Positions 1 through 9,398 of a DNA stretch of 64,000 nucleotides are shown one piece after another; within the stretch, counting starts at the first letter, position 1; each line of letters opens with the position of its first letter. The stretch comes from Pseudomonadota bacterium (lineage in GTDB: Bacteria; Myxococcota; JACRCW01; JAFGSX01). Both the position numbers and the translations under genes were made by a program. Location: positions 64,001-128,000 of the forward strand of contig JBDRCO010000118.1 of NCBI GenBank assembly GCA_043821645.1, read 5' to 3'. The notes under the pieces were generated by a model that did no database searches, was not told where the DNA came from, and worked only from the letters and a program-made list of their open reading frames with translations.

Positions 1-226
1 CGCTCACGCACTGCAGCGCAACGCCCGCCGCGTCGTCGAGACAGGTGCCGTCGGTCAGGCAATCGCAGCCGAGGGTGCCCAGGGTACAGGCGGCATCGGC
101 ATGGGTGCCGGCGTCGGGCTTCGGCTCCTCGGGCCCGCAGGCCAGCGCCAGGACGGGCAACAGCAGCGCGAGCCCCCGCGTCCACAAGTGTCGACTGCGA
201 CCGAGACGACGTGCGTTCTGGGACAT
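1..226 (-). CDS. Cys-rich lipoprotein, partial (runs off the window start)
   Basis: Not in the ORF track; translated by hand. ATG at 226, GGAG RBS upstream. Reads MSQNARRLGRSRHLWTRGLALLLPVLALA-C (lipobox), then ACTLGTLGCDCLTDGTC. Confidence 0.75.
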   Translation of the reverse strand, partial: MSQNARRLGRSRHLWTRGLALLLPVLALACGPEEPKPDAGTHADAACTLGTLGCDCLTDGTCLDDAAGVALQCVS

Positions 227-253
227 GTCACGCTCCTGCAGGTTGCCCTGCGT

Positions 254-793
254 TCAGTTCCCGAGATTGAGCGACACGCTGGCACCGGCCAGGGCCGCAC
301 CGTCGTGGCCAAAGCAAGACGAGGTGACAACCTGCAGGGCGGCCAGCGAGCCTGCGCCACCGGGCTTGAGGGTCAGTTCCACGTCGCTCGCAGCAATGGC
401 CGTGTCGGCGGCTGCGGTAAAGGCCAGGGCCAGGCGATCACCCTCGTGGATGGCCTTGCCCTGCAGCGCGCTGCCGTAGACCACCTGCACGTCGGTGGCG
501 TGCTCGAGCAGAACCTCGCAGGCGCGCGCGTCGGGACTGCTGACCACCAAGCCCACCTGGGCCACCACGGGCTGGCACAGCTCGGCGCGGCATTCGAGTC
601 CGGCGTTGCACTGCCCCGCATGGCAGGCGCAACCCTGCGTGCCAGGCGTGCAAGCCACCGTGGCGTCCTTGGTCTCGGGAGGTGGGTTGCAGCCATCGCA
701 GGCCGCGCCGAGCACCAACGCCAGGACACACAGCCCCGAAACACCTGCGCGCGCGAAGCCACGAACCCGGCTCAGGGTGTTCTTGTGTCGCAT
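254..793 (-). CDS. Lipoprotein with a short Cys module and a C-terminal beta-sandwich domain
   Basis: ATG at 793 with GGAGGT RBS. Lipobox LVLGAA-C; motif CTPGTQGCACHAGQCNAGLEC. Directly downstream of the Rhs gene. Confidence 0.75.
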   Translation of the reverse strand: MRHKNTLSRVRGFARAGVSGLCVLALVLGAACDGCNPPPETKDATVACTPGTQGCACHAGQCNAGLECRAELCQPVVAQVGLVVSSPDARACEVLLEHATDVQVVYGSALQGKAIHEGDRLALAFTAAADTAIAASDVELTLKPGGAGSLAALQVVTSSCFGHDGAALAGASVSLNLGN

Positions 794-842
794 TCGAACC
801 TCCAGCGTCGCGACCAGGCGACGCGTGCCTGGCCGGTCACCA

Positions 843-3800
843 TCACCACGTGTGACTGACGTCTGCACTCATGGCTGCGTGGTTGATCAATCCTGCCGTC
901 GAGACGATGGTCTTGACGCCCTGCACGCCCAGAGAAATGCCGATGAGAGCCTTGGTCACCTGCGCGCCCGCCAGGGCGGTCCTGGTGACGCTCGCCGTCG
1001 ACGCAATGATGCCGACAACATCGAGCAGGAAGCCGCCTCCGATGTGATCGATCGAATGGTCGTAGAGCTTCTGCTGACCCTTGGACATGCTGCCCCCACC
1101 CGCAAGGATCTTGTTGCCCTTGACGATGGTCTTGGCGCTCTGGACGGTCCGGAATACATCGAACAGGGTTCCAGCCGCACTGCCAGCGACGAGGATGCTC
1201 GCCACCACAGGGGCCGCAGCACCGAAGGTCATGACTGTTGCGGCGATGCCGAGTCCGAGCGCGATCACGGCAGTGGCGATTCGAAGCGCCGCGAAGATCT
1301 TGGGGTGCTTGACGATGAAGGGCTTGAGCTTGTTGGTCAGGGCGTTGCGCGTCGCCTTGTACAGCGTGTAGGGCGACTTGATGACCTTCCAGGCGCCCTT
1401 GCCAAAAGCCTTGAGACCGCGGCCAACGGCATTGAGCCTCTCACCTGTGCCGTCGGGGTCAAAACCCGAGACCGGATTGTCCGAGACGTAGGCGTAGCCG
1501 GTGGTCGACTCGCTGAGGACCTCGGCGTCGACGCCATCCTTGGTGAAGGTCAAGAAGGCGGGGTCGACGCTGTTCCAGCGCCCCAGATCCGGGTCGAGCA
1601 GGCGGTTCGCGAAGTGCAGCAGACCGCTGCCCTGGTCGATCTCCTGGCCGCTGAAGCCGAACTCGCCGAGCTCGCCGCTCTGGTAGCGCACTCCTCCATA
1701 GGGGAAGTAGCGACGGAGCCCGGTGATCTCGCCCTGGCTATCCGTCGCCAGGGTCACGCTGCCGGTGTGGTCGTAGTGCAGGTAGCGGTCGGTGTCCCGG
1801 TTGTCGACGAGGAGCCGGCGCGCTGCGCCCAGCAACAGGCGATCGACGGGCGAGGCCGGTTCGCTGCTCTGCACGATGCCCGCCTGCGCGGCCTGGGCGA
1901 TCCAGGCGTCACCAGCGGTGATCGCGTCGTCGGGGTTGTCGAGGGGAGCGGGACCCTGGAGCACCTGGGCCTGGATGGCGGTCGAGTCGAGCAGCGCCAG
2001 GCGCAGGTCATCGACGCGCGGGCTCAGGGTGGCCACGCCATCCTTCACCTGGTACTCCGGCGTGATGTAGTGCACCACACCTTCGGCCTCGACCTTGCTC
2101 ACGCGTTCGCGGGTGGCTCCGTAGGCCAGGGCCGTGCGCACGCCGGTGCCGTCGTCGACCTGAACCAGGCGACCCATGAAATCCCAGGCCAGGACCTTGT
2201 CACCGCGAGCGACCATGTTGCCGGCGGTGTCGTAGCTCATGTCCAGCGAACCCGCGGTGGTCACCGCGTTGGGCTGCGTGGCACCGTAGGTGTAGCTGCC
2301 GACGTGACCTTTGCTGGTCGCGCCCAGGCTCGAGGTGGCGCTCAGCAGGTTGTCGATGGCGTCGTAGCCGTAGCTCAGGGTCTCCTCGCCGCTGCGGCCG
2401 GGGTCGAGCACCGCCTGCGTCAGGCGACGGCGTGCATCGTAGCTGTACTGCGCGGCCAGGCCCGGGGTGTCGTCGGCAGGCGCCTCGAGGTCCTGGCTTT
2501 CGAGCAGCAGGTTGCCGCGGCTGTAGCGGTAGCGGGCGCCTTGCAGCAGGGTGCTGCCACGACGCAGGGACATCTCGCTGGGGCGCATGCGGCTGTCGTA
2601 GCTGCGCGCGTAGGTGAGCCCGTTGCCGTAGCTAAGCTGGCTGAGCTTGCCCTGCGCGTCGTAGGCGATCGCGGGGACCGCTTCACCCAGCGACGTGGGT
2701 CGTGACGCCGCGTCGTAGCCATAGTTCAGCACCCGGCCATCGGGATAGCGCGTGCTCAGCATCCGTCCGGCGTTGTCGAAGGCCGTGCTGACCTCGAACC
2801 AGAAACCTTCGAGCTGGCGGGCGGTGTAGATCTGGGCGTTGCGGACGTTGTAGCCAAAACGATCCTCGCCGGCGGGGTACTGCAGCGCGGCCAGGCGGCC
2901 GGCCAGGTTGGTGCACTTGGCCGCATCGCAGGCAGGCAGCGCGTCGTAGACGGCGCGGGCCAGGGTGGCGTCGCGGTTGCCGTCCTCGAAGCGTTCGAAC
3001 AGGCGGTTGTTGCCGTCGTATGCCGCGCGGGTCACCTTGCCGCGGCCATCGGTCAGGCGAACCACGTTCCCGGCGTCATCGTACGCGTAGCGCAGGGTGC
3101 CGGCGTTGGGGTCGTCGATCTGAACGACGCGACCCGCCAGGTCGTAGCGCTGCAACTTCTCGTGACCGAGGGCGTCGATGTAGCCCTGCACGTTGCCCAG
3201 CTCGTCGTAGGTGACCTGCAGGATCTCCGGTGTACCGCTGGCCTCGCTCAGGCGCTCGACGGTGAGGACACGCCCCAGCCCATCCATGTGCTGAACCGCG
3301 GGTGTGTCGGAGAAGGGGCTGCTGGCATCGCTGTCGTCCTCGTCAAAGATCAGGGTCTTGAGCGGCAGGTACTCGAACTTCTGCTGCGAGTTCGAGGTGT
3401 ACAGATCGGCGTCCTGGTGCGTGGCGATCAGCGGCCTGTCCAGCGCGTCGTAGCGCTGTGCATCGTAAGGCGTCCCGGCCGGGGGCGTGAGGTCACAGCT
3501 GGCCGATGTGGAGCCGTAGGGCTGGTAGGCCCTCTGCACCTGGCCGCGCAGGTTGAAGGTGGCGAAGCCTGCCACCTGGTACTGCCCGCTCTCGACGAGC
3601 ATGCGCTCCTGCACGGTGCGGCCTCGGCCATCCAGGCACTTGATGTGCTCGAGGTCGAGAGCACCGCCGACCTGCGTGCGGCTGCGCGTGATCACCCGGC
3701 TCACCGGGGACGCCAGCTCGTAGCTGTAGGTCTCGGTCGGGGCCGCGGCGCTGTCACCACCCGGGAGCACGCGCCAGGTCAGGCGCCCCATGTCGTCGTA

Positions 3801-6800
3801 GCCGTAGTAGGTGCTGTTGCGCGGCGTCTGCACCGCGCCGCCCACGACCCGCATCCACATGGTCGACTCGACGGGCTTGTCCCAGGTCGGGTCGTACACC
3901 ACCTCGCGGCGGAGCTGGTAGGGCGCGCCGGCGGCGTCCTGCAGGCGGATCTCGACCCGCACCGGATGCAGCCCGAGCGCATCGTACTCGTAGGTCCGGC
4001 GATGGCCGTCCTGCTGCCCCAGATCGCCGTTGGGATCGATGGTCTCGACCACGTTGCCGTCGTCGTCAAAGCGCTGACGAATGGTGGTGCGCAGCGTGCC
4101 GTCGGTGGCGAGGCGCTCGGTGCTGCGGCTGACCAGACCCTTGCTGGCGTTTCCCTCACCCAGGCCCACGAAATCGGCTCCGTCGTAGTAGGTGAGGTCC
4201 TCGCTGTAGACCTGGCTCGCCGGGTCGCCGTACTCGCGCGTCTTGTACGGCAGGTGCGGCATCCAGCGGCCGCCGGTGTTCGCGGTCGGGACGAACCAGC
4301 TCTGGCGGTAGTGCTCGTCGCCCAGACACTGCGCCCCGCAGGGGTGGCCCGCCAATCCCTCGCAGGTGCCGCAACCGCCCGCGCCCACCGCGGTGATGCC
4401 GAGGTCCGCCTCGAGGGTCTGGTTGCCATAGCCGTCGTACTCGTAGCGCGAGGTCACGTGCACCCACTGGTCCTGGGTCTGGCCTTCCTTGTAGTAGGTG
4501 AGCTCCTCGATCAGGCACACGGTGCGCACCGGCTTGCGGCCCACAGCCTCGAGTTGCTCCGGGCTGGGCACCTCGGCCACCGGGCAGGTGGTGTCGTCGC
4601 CATAGCTGTCGATCTGCTCGCGCAGGGCGCGGCCGTCCCCCTCGGTGGTCTGGCGGATCTTGAGGCCCGAGCGATAGGGATCGGTGACGCCCACGTCGTA
4701 GCTGGACACGATCAGACCCTGCTCGGAGCCCTCGTCGCCCTCCTCGCCCGGGAGCAGGATCTCGACCTCGGCGTAGCCGCGATACTGCTTCTCCTCTCCG
4801 TCATAGAAGCCATCGCGGTACTTGTAGACCGTGACGTCGTGCAGGTTGCTGAACAGGTCGTACTCGTCGACGCTGTGCACCACGTTCATGGGGAAGGGCA
4901 ACTTGTACTGCCAGGGATCGCCCGCCTCGCGCGACAGCGCCATCTCGAGGACCGAGGTCGTGTAGGAGACGTCGGTGACCCGGCCGATGCCGTTCTCGAT
5001 GCGCGTCATCAGGTGCGGCCGGATCGGGAACAGCTCGAGGTAGGTCACGACGCCGTTGCCGTCAATCCACACGATGTCCTGCGAGCCATTGCCGTTCATG
5101 TCCGCGCACAGCACGGTGTGCTGCGGCGTGCGCTCGGGGATGGAGCCCCCGCTGACCGTGGTCAGGGTCTGGGCGGTCAGGAACCCCGTGCCGTTTCGGT
5201 TGAGGGCGTAGCGGACCTGGTTGCCGACGACCACCAGCAGGTCCGCCAGGGCGTCGCCGTTGAGATCCTCGAGCATGGCGAGGTCGATCTCGGGGTCCGA
5301 GATGGGCAGGCCTGTGATGGTGGTCCAGGTGCTGGCGTTGCCGCTCCAGCGGCCCCAGCCCAGGTTGAGGCGGTAGCTGACCTCGCCCTGGCGCACGCGC
5401 ACCGCATCCAGCAGCCCGTCGCCGTTCATGTCCGCGAACTGCACGTTGTCCGAGGCAAAGCCCGCGCCCAGGTTCTGCGCTGCAGCGTCCGGGGCAAAGC
5501 CCGCGCTGTCCAGGTTGCGCCACACCAGGGTGTTGGCCGCGTCCGAGTGCACCACGTCGATGCGCCGGTCGTTGTCATAGTCCAAGAAGCGCAGCTCGGC
5601 GTCCTCGCCCAGGTTGGGGTAGCCGTTGCTGGCGCCCAGCAGCTCCTTGCTCACCCAGTCGCCGGTTCCCTTGTTGAGCAGCACCTCGCCCGACAGCGCG
5701 TTGAGCATGTCGGTGAAGCCGTCGCCGTTGGCGTCGAGCACCTGCATGTAAGCCGAGCCCAGGGTGTGGCCGGAGCCCGTGCCCAGGGAGCTGGAGTAGG
5801 GCGCGGCAAAGCTCTGCGTGCCGTCGCTGGCGAGCTGGTTGAGGTAGATCTGGTGTGCACCGGCGGCTGTGGTGTCGACCACGTCGGGCAGGGCGTCACC
5901 GTTGAGGTCGACCAGGGTGGCCTTGCCCGAGCCCAGCAGCACGGGCTCACCGCCGACGCTGACCAGGTAGGGCTCGCCGCAGTCGGCGCCGGAACAGCTG
6001 GCGCCCAGGGCCTGGGAGTAGCTGAAGCGATGGATCACCGGAAAGGCGGCATTGTTCTGACCAAAGCTCTGCGCCTGGCGCAAACGGCTCAGGCCACCGG
6101 ACTCGGTCTCGTCGTCATAGGTCAGCTCCAAGCGCTGCCGCAGCTCGCTGTCGGCCTTGACCTCGAGCCGGATGACGCGCTTGGTCAGCCTCAGCTCCAG
6201 GCCCGCCTTGCCGTCGGAAAGGACGTCTGGCCTGTTGTCCTCGTAGCTCAGCGAGACCGAGTAGCGCGCGCTGCCATCGCTGCGAAACACCCAGCGCACC
6301 TGGTCCAGCAGCGAGCGCCCGCCGGGATCCCTCAGGTAGTCGTAGCGCAGCACGTGACCGTGTACGTCGACCTTCTCGACCAGGTAGTAGCGAAAGGTCC
6401 CGCTGACGCCTGCCTCGCGCGCCGCGGCCACGCTCTGGCCCAGGTGGTCCGCTCCGAAGTAGCCCACCGAACCGTCGGGGTACTGCGCCTGCCAGTGGCC
6501 CGCCGTACCGCTGGAGCCGTCGTCGAGCCACAGGTAGCGGACAAAGCCCCGCTCGAAGCGCGAGCGATAGATGGTGCCGCCAGCCACCGGCGCGGTCCCC
6601 GTCGACACCCGCACCAGCTCCTCGCCGCCGTTGGCCACGAACAGGTCGTCGGTGTCGTATTCTGGCAGGCCGCGCGAGGTCATGCGCTCGATGGACTCGA
6701 CGTCCAGGGACCAGCCTATGCCGGCCACACCGTTGCCCGAGCCAGAGCTGTAGGACAGCTTGAGCCCCGGCGTCACCGCCGCGAAGCCAGCGGGGAGCTG

Positions 6801-7043
6801 CAGCGGGATGCTCCAGCGCATCAGCGCCATGTTGGGGTCGACATCGACGTTGTCGCCCACGCCCTCCATGGAGCCAGGCCCCTCGGGCAAGCTCAGTCTG
6901 TCATCCGACACTCCCGACGAGAAATCAGACCCCGCCAGCGCCATGCATGGCAGCACAAGCGCCATGGCGACCGTGAGACTGTAGTGGAGCGCTGACGATG
7001 GTCTTGGGCGAGGTTGATAGCCGAGCAAGGGCAAACGGTTCAT
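843..7043 (-). CDS. SpvB/TcB-like + FG-GAP + Rhs/YD-repeat toxin with a variable C-terminal domain
   Basis: N-terminal LSYSSGSGNGVAGIGWSL (SpvB-like); repeated DLNGDALPD/DMNGDG motifs; RIENGIG and YRDGFYDGEEKQYRGY (TcdB middle region); YD repeats; Rhs core end GRWNSVDP...YAYVSDNPVSGFDPDG. Start placed at 7043 (GGAG RBS, signal-peptide-like N-terminus); the ORF extends to 7163. Confidence 0.9.
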   Translation of the reverse strand: MNRLPLLGYQPRPRPSSALHYSLTVAMALVLPCMALAGSDFSSGVSDDRLSLPEGPGSMEGVGDNVDVDPNMALMRWSIPLQLPAGFAAVTPGLKLSYSSGSGNGVAGIGWSLDVESIERMTSRGLPEYDTDDLFVANGGEELVRVSTGTAPVAGGTIYRSRFERGFVRYLWLDDGSSGTAGHWQAQYPDGSVGYFGADHLGQSVAAAREAGVSGTFRYYLVEKVDVHGHVLRYDYLRDPGGRSLLDQVRWVFRSDGSARYSVSLSYEDNRPDVLSDGKAGLELRLTKRVIRLEVKADSELRQRLELTYDDETESGGLSRLRQAQSFGQNNAAFPVIHRFSYSQALGASCSGADCGEPYLVSVGGEPVLLGSGKATLVDLNGDALPDVVDTTAAGAHQIYLNQLASDGTQSFAAPYSSSLGTGSGHTLGSAYMQVLDANGDGFTDMLNALSGEVLLNKGTGDWVSKELLGASNGYPNLGEDAELRFLDYDNDRRIDVVHSDAANTLVWRNLDSAGFAPDAAAQNLGAGFASDNVQFADMNGDGLLDAVRVRQGEVSYRLNLGWGRWSGNASTWTTITGLPISDPEIDLAMLEDLNGDALADLLVVVGNQVRYALNRNGTGFLTAQTLTTVSGGSIPERTPQHTVLCADMNGNGSQDIVWIDGNGVVTYLELFPIRPHLMTRIENGIGRVTDVSYTTSVLEMALSREAGDPWQYKLPFPMNVVHSVDEYDLFSNLHDVTVYKYRDGFYDGEEKQYRGYAEVEILLPGEEGDEGSEQGLIVSSYDVGVTDPYRSGLKIRQTTEGDGRALREQIDSYGDDTTCPVAEVPSPEQLEAVGRKPVRTVCLIEELTYYKEGQTQDQWVHVTSRYEYDGYGNQTLEADLGITAVGAGGCGTCEGLAGHPCGAQCLGDEHYRQSWFVPTANTGGRWMPHLPYKTREYGDPASQVYSEDLTYYDGADFVGLGEGNASKGLVSRSTERLATDGTLRTTIRQRFDDDGNVVETIDPNGDLGQQDGHRRTYEYDALGLHPVRVEIRLQDAAGAPYQLRREVVYDPTWDKPVESTMWMRVVGGAVQTPRNSTYYGYDDMGRLTWRVLPGGDSAAAPTETYSYELASPVSRVITRSRTQVGGALDLEHIKCLDGRGRTVQERMLVESGQYQVAGFATFNLRGQVQRAYQPYGSTSASCDLTPPAGTPYDAQRYDALDRPLIATHQDADLYTSNSQQKFEYLPLKTLIFDEDDSDASSPFSDTPAVQHMDGLGRVLTVERLSEASGTPEILQVTYDELGNVQGYIDALGHEKLQRYDLAGRVVQIDDPNAGTLRYAYDDAGNVVRLTDGRGKVTRAAYDGNNRLFERFEDGNRDATLARAVYDALPACDAAKCTNLAGRLAALQYPAGEDRFGYNVRNAQIYTARQLEGFWFEVSTAFDNAGRMLSTRYPDGRVLNYGYDAASRPTSLGEAVPAIAYDAQGKLSQLSYGNGLTYARSYDSRMRPSEMSLRRGSTLLQGARYRYSRGNLLLESQDLEAPADDTPGLAAQYSYDARRRLTQAVLDPGRSGEETLSYGYDAIDNLLSATSSLGATSKGHVGSYTYGATQPNAVTTAGSLDMSYDTAGNMVARGDKVLAWDFMGRLVQVDDGTGVRTALAYGATRERVSKVEAEGVVHYITPEYQVKDGVATLSPRVDDLRLALLDSTAIQAQVLQGPAPLDNPDDAITAGDAWIAQAAQAGIVQSSEPASPVDRLLLGAARRLLVDNRDTDRYLHYDHTGSVTLATDSQGEITGLRRYFPYGGVRYQSGELGEFGFSGQEIDQGSGLLHFANRLLDPDLGRWNSVDPAFLTFTKDGVDAEVLSESTTGYAYVSDNPVSGFDPDGTGERLNAVGRGLKAFGKGAWKVIKSPYTLYKATRNALTNKLKPFIVKHPKIFAALRIATAVIALGLGIAATVMTFGAAAPVVASILVAGSAAGTLFDVFRTVQSAKTIVKGNKILAGGGSMSKGQQKLYDHSIDHIGGGFLLDVVGIIASTASVTRTALAGAQVTKALIGISLGVQGVKTIVSTAGLINHAAMSADVSHTW

Positions 7044-7380
7044 CCGATTCCGCTCCTTGAAACCGAGAACCCCGCGTCGGTCTCGAGCGAGGTCCGCTGG
7101 ATGTCCCAGACGCTCCTGGAACACCCAAAGTACATGGCTCCTGGCCGAATTCGTTGGCGACATGTATATCCCATTGAAACTGATTCATGGCTCATTTTCG
7201 CGATCGTACATGATCGGTCTAGCTGCTGAAGCTGCATACGGAAGGCACAGATATCGCATAAATATTCCATGCCAAGTGGAGTTCTTGGTCCTGTCGAACC
7301 GCTGTCTCGTCGACAAACTCAGGAAGTTTGCTCAGTTCGCTCTGAGTGTCTGTACCCAGTGAGCAGGCCAGGGCCAAACA

Positions 7381-8187
7381 TCACCCACGGTGTCTCCCGG
7401 ACTTGAGATCCCCGGCAAACGCGCACGCTCCTCCGGGCTGCAGACAGCGATCGCTGCAGCCCTCGAGCGCGGGCACGCTCTTTGCGTCGACTCCGAGAAA
7501 GCGCGCCACGAAGAGGCAGCGAGGTCGCTCCCACACGTCGTCGACGGGACCGCTCTGGATCAGACGCCCGGCGTGCATCACCGCGACATGGCTGGCCAGG
7601 GCGCGCGCCTCGTCGCGGCTGTGGGTGACGTGCACGGTGGTGAGCTGCAGCGCGTCGTGAACCCGGCGCAGCTCGGCCTGCAGCTCCAGCCGCGCGTTGT
7701 GGTCGATGGGCGCCAGGGGCTCGTCGAGGAGCAGCACGCGCGGCCTCGTCACCAGGGCCCGGGCCAGGGCCACGCGCTGAGCCTCGCCGCCGCTGAGGGT
7801 GGCCACGGGTCGCTGCCGCAGGGGCCCCAGATGCAGGAGCGCGACGATGTCGTCGATGCGGCGCTGGCGCTCGCCGGCCCCGACGCCGCGGGCGCGCAGG
7901 CCAAAGGCCAGGTTGCCCAACACGCTGTGGTGCGGGAACAGCGCCGGTTGCTGTTGCACCAGGCCGATCTGCCGGCGCTCAGGCGGCAGCGCCGTGAAGT
8001 CGGTGCCGTCGACGAGGATGCGCCCGCTGTCCAGCGCCTCGAAGCCAGCCAGCAGGTGCAGCAGCACGCTCTTGCCCGCGCCGCTGGGCCCCAGTAGCAC
8101 CAGGTAGGCGCGGTCCTCGACGACAAGGTCGATGCTGTCGACGACAAAATCGCCAAGGCGGCGGCTCACTGCGTCGAGGTGGATCAC
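7381..8187 (-). CDS. wtpC: Tungstate/molybdate ABC transporter ATP-binding subunit
   Basis: Walker A GPSGAGKS, signature LSGGE, Walker B LLLDEP. GTG start overlaps the permease stop (GTGA). Confidence 0.85.
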   Translation of the reverse strand: MIHLDAVSRRLGDFVVDSIDLVVEDRAYLVLLGPSGAGKSVLLHLLAGFEALDSGRILVDGTDFTALPPERRQIGLVQQQPALFPHHSVLGNLAFGLRARGVGAGERQRRIDDIVALLHLGPLRQRPVATLSGGEAQRVALARALVTRPRVLLLDEPLAPIDHNARLELQAELRRVHDALQLTTVHVTHSRDEARALASHVAVMHAGRLIQSGPVDDVWERPRCLFVARFLGVDAKSVPALEGCSDRCLQPGGACAFAGDLKSGRHRG

Positions 8188-9398
8188 GGCGCGCGCTCCC
8201 CCCGGCGCTGCCAGGCAAAGGGCAACAGACCCTGGCCAAACTGCAGCGCGATGAAGATCCACAAGCAGGTGAGTAGCAGCAGGCTGGCGACGGGCCGGCT
8301 CTCGCTGATCCCTGCGCGCAGGAACTCGGTGTGCACCAGCACCGGAGCGCTCAGGGGCGACGAAGCGAACAGCACCACCGCGCCGAACTCGCTGATGGCG
8401 CGGGCAAAGGCCAGGGCCAGGCCGAGCCAGAGCCCGCGCGAAGCCAGGGGCAGGCTGATCAGCAAAAAGGTCCTGAGCGGCGAGGCTCCCAGGCTGCGCG
8501 CGGCCAGCTCAAGACGCGGCGGCACGCCTTCGAAGGCGGTGAGCGCCGTTTTTATCAAAAAGGGGGCGGCCACAAAGCACTGCGCCAGCACGATACCGGC
8601 AAAGCTACCGGTCACACCCAGGCCTCGCTCGTCGAGAACGCGCCCCAGGGGCGCGCCTGGCCCGAGCAGTACCAGCAGGGCGATGCCCACCACGGACTGC
8701 GGCACCAGGATGGGCAGGTCGATGAGCAGCTCGATCGCGCGCTTGCCCTGAAACTCGAGCCGGGCCAGGGCGTAGGCCAGGGGGATGCCCCACAGCGCCA
8801 GCAACAGCGCGGACAGACCGGCACTGAGCACACTGGTCCACAGCGCGGCCTGCACATCGTCACGCGCCAGGGACCGCCATAAAGTCTGCGGCGAGTCCTG
8901 CATGACGAGGTGAATCAGGGGAAACAGCAGCAGCAGCAATGCCAGCAGACCGGCTGCGAGAAAACCCCAGGCCAGGCCCTGGCCCCGACGACGGGCGCGC
9001 CAAAGCAGTACGTAGGCCAGAGCCAGCGGAATGAAGGTCTCGAAGGCGTAGGGCTGCAACAGCACGAAGCTGAGCACGAACAGGCCAAACACGCCGAGCA
9101 CCGCGGTGGAGCCGAACACGCTGGCGTAGACCACCAGCAACAGGATGAACAGCGAGGTGCGCTCGAGCAGCACCAGCACCAGCACGAAGAGGATGGCGTA
9201 GCCTGCTGCGAACAGGGCCAGACTCCGGCCCGAACGCCGGGCCAGGGTCTGCAGCGCGGCGTGGCTGGCGTAGACGTGGGCCGCGTACAGGGCGAGCAAG
9301 GTCCAGGGATCGAAGCCCGGACCGGGCAGCAAGAGCAATCCCAGGTGCGCCAGGGCCAGCACCGCAGCCACCACCAGCAGCGAGCGCCAGTCGCTCAT
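8184..9398 (-). CDS. wtpB: Tungstate/molybdate ABC transporter permease with an extra N-terminal transmembrane region
   Basis: ModB/WtpB-like GIPLAYALAR...IDLPILVP...ELAARSLGAS...FARAISEFGAV. ATGA overlap with wtpA. Confidence 0.85.
   Translation of the reverse strand: MSDWRSLLVVAAVLALAHLGLLLLPGPGFDPWTLLALYAAHVYASHAALQTLARRSGRSLALFAAGYAILFVLVLVLLERTSLFILLLVVYASVFGSTAVLGVFGLFVLSFVLLQPYAFETFIPLALAYVLLWRARRRGQGLAWGFLAAGLLALLLLLFPLIHLVMQDSPQTLWRSLARDDVQAALWTSVLSAGLSALLLALWGIPLAYALARLEFQGKRAIELLIDLPILVPQSVVGIALLVLLGPGAPLGRVLDERGLGVTGSFAGIVLAQCFVAAPFLIKTALTAFEGVPPRLELAARSLGASPLRTFLLISLPLASRGLWLGLALAFARAISEFGAVVLFASSPLSAPVLVHTEFLRAGISESRPVASLLLLTCLWIFIALQFGQGLLPFAWQRRGERAP

Noticed and set aside
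3162-6995. Long opposite-strand ORFs (e.g. 3162..6995, 21146..24250, 26907..31235, 36907..40296, 42526..46650)
   Set aside because: Shadow ORFs of GC-rich genes with strong codon bias; no recognisable motifs, and the other strand carries clear domains.
7044-7380. AT-richer spacer upstream of the Rhs gene: small ORFs and a possible sigma-54 site
   Set aside because: The short ORFs lack coding features and the GG-to-GC spacing does not match the -24/-12 consensus. It is probably the promoter region, but no site could be assigned.
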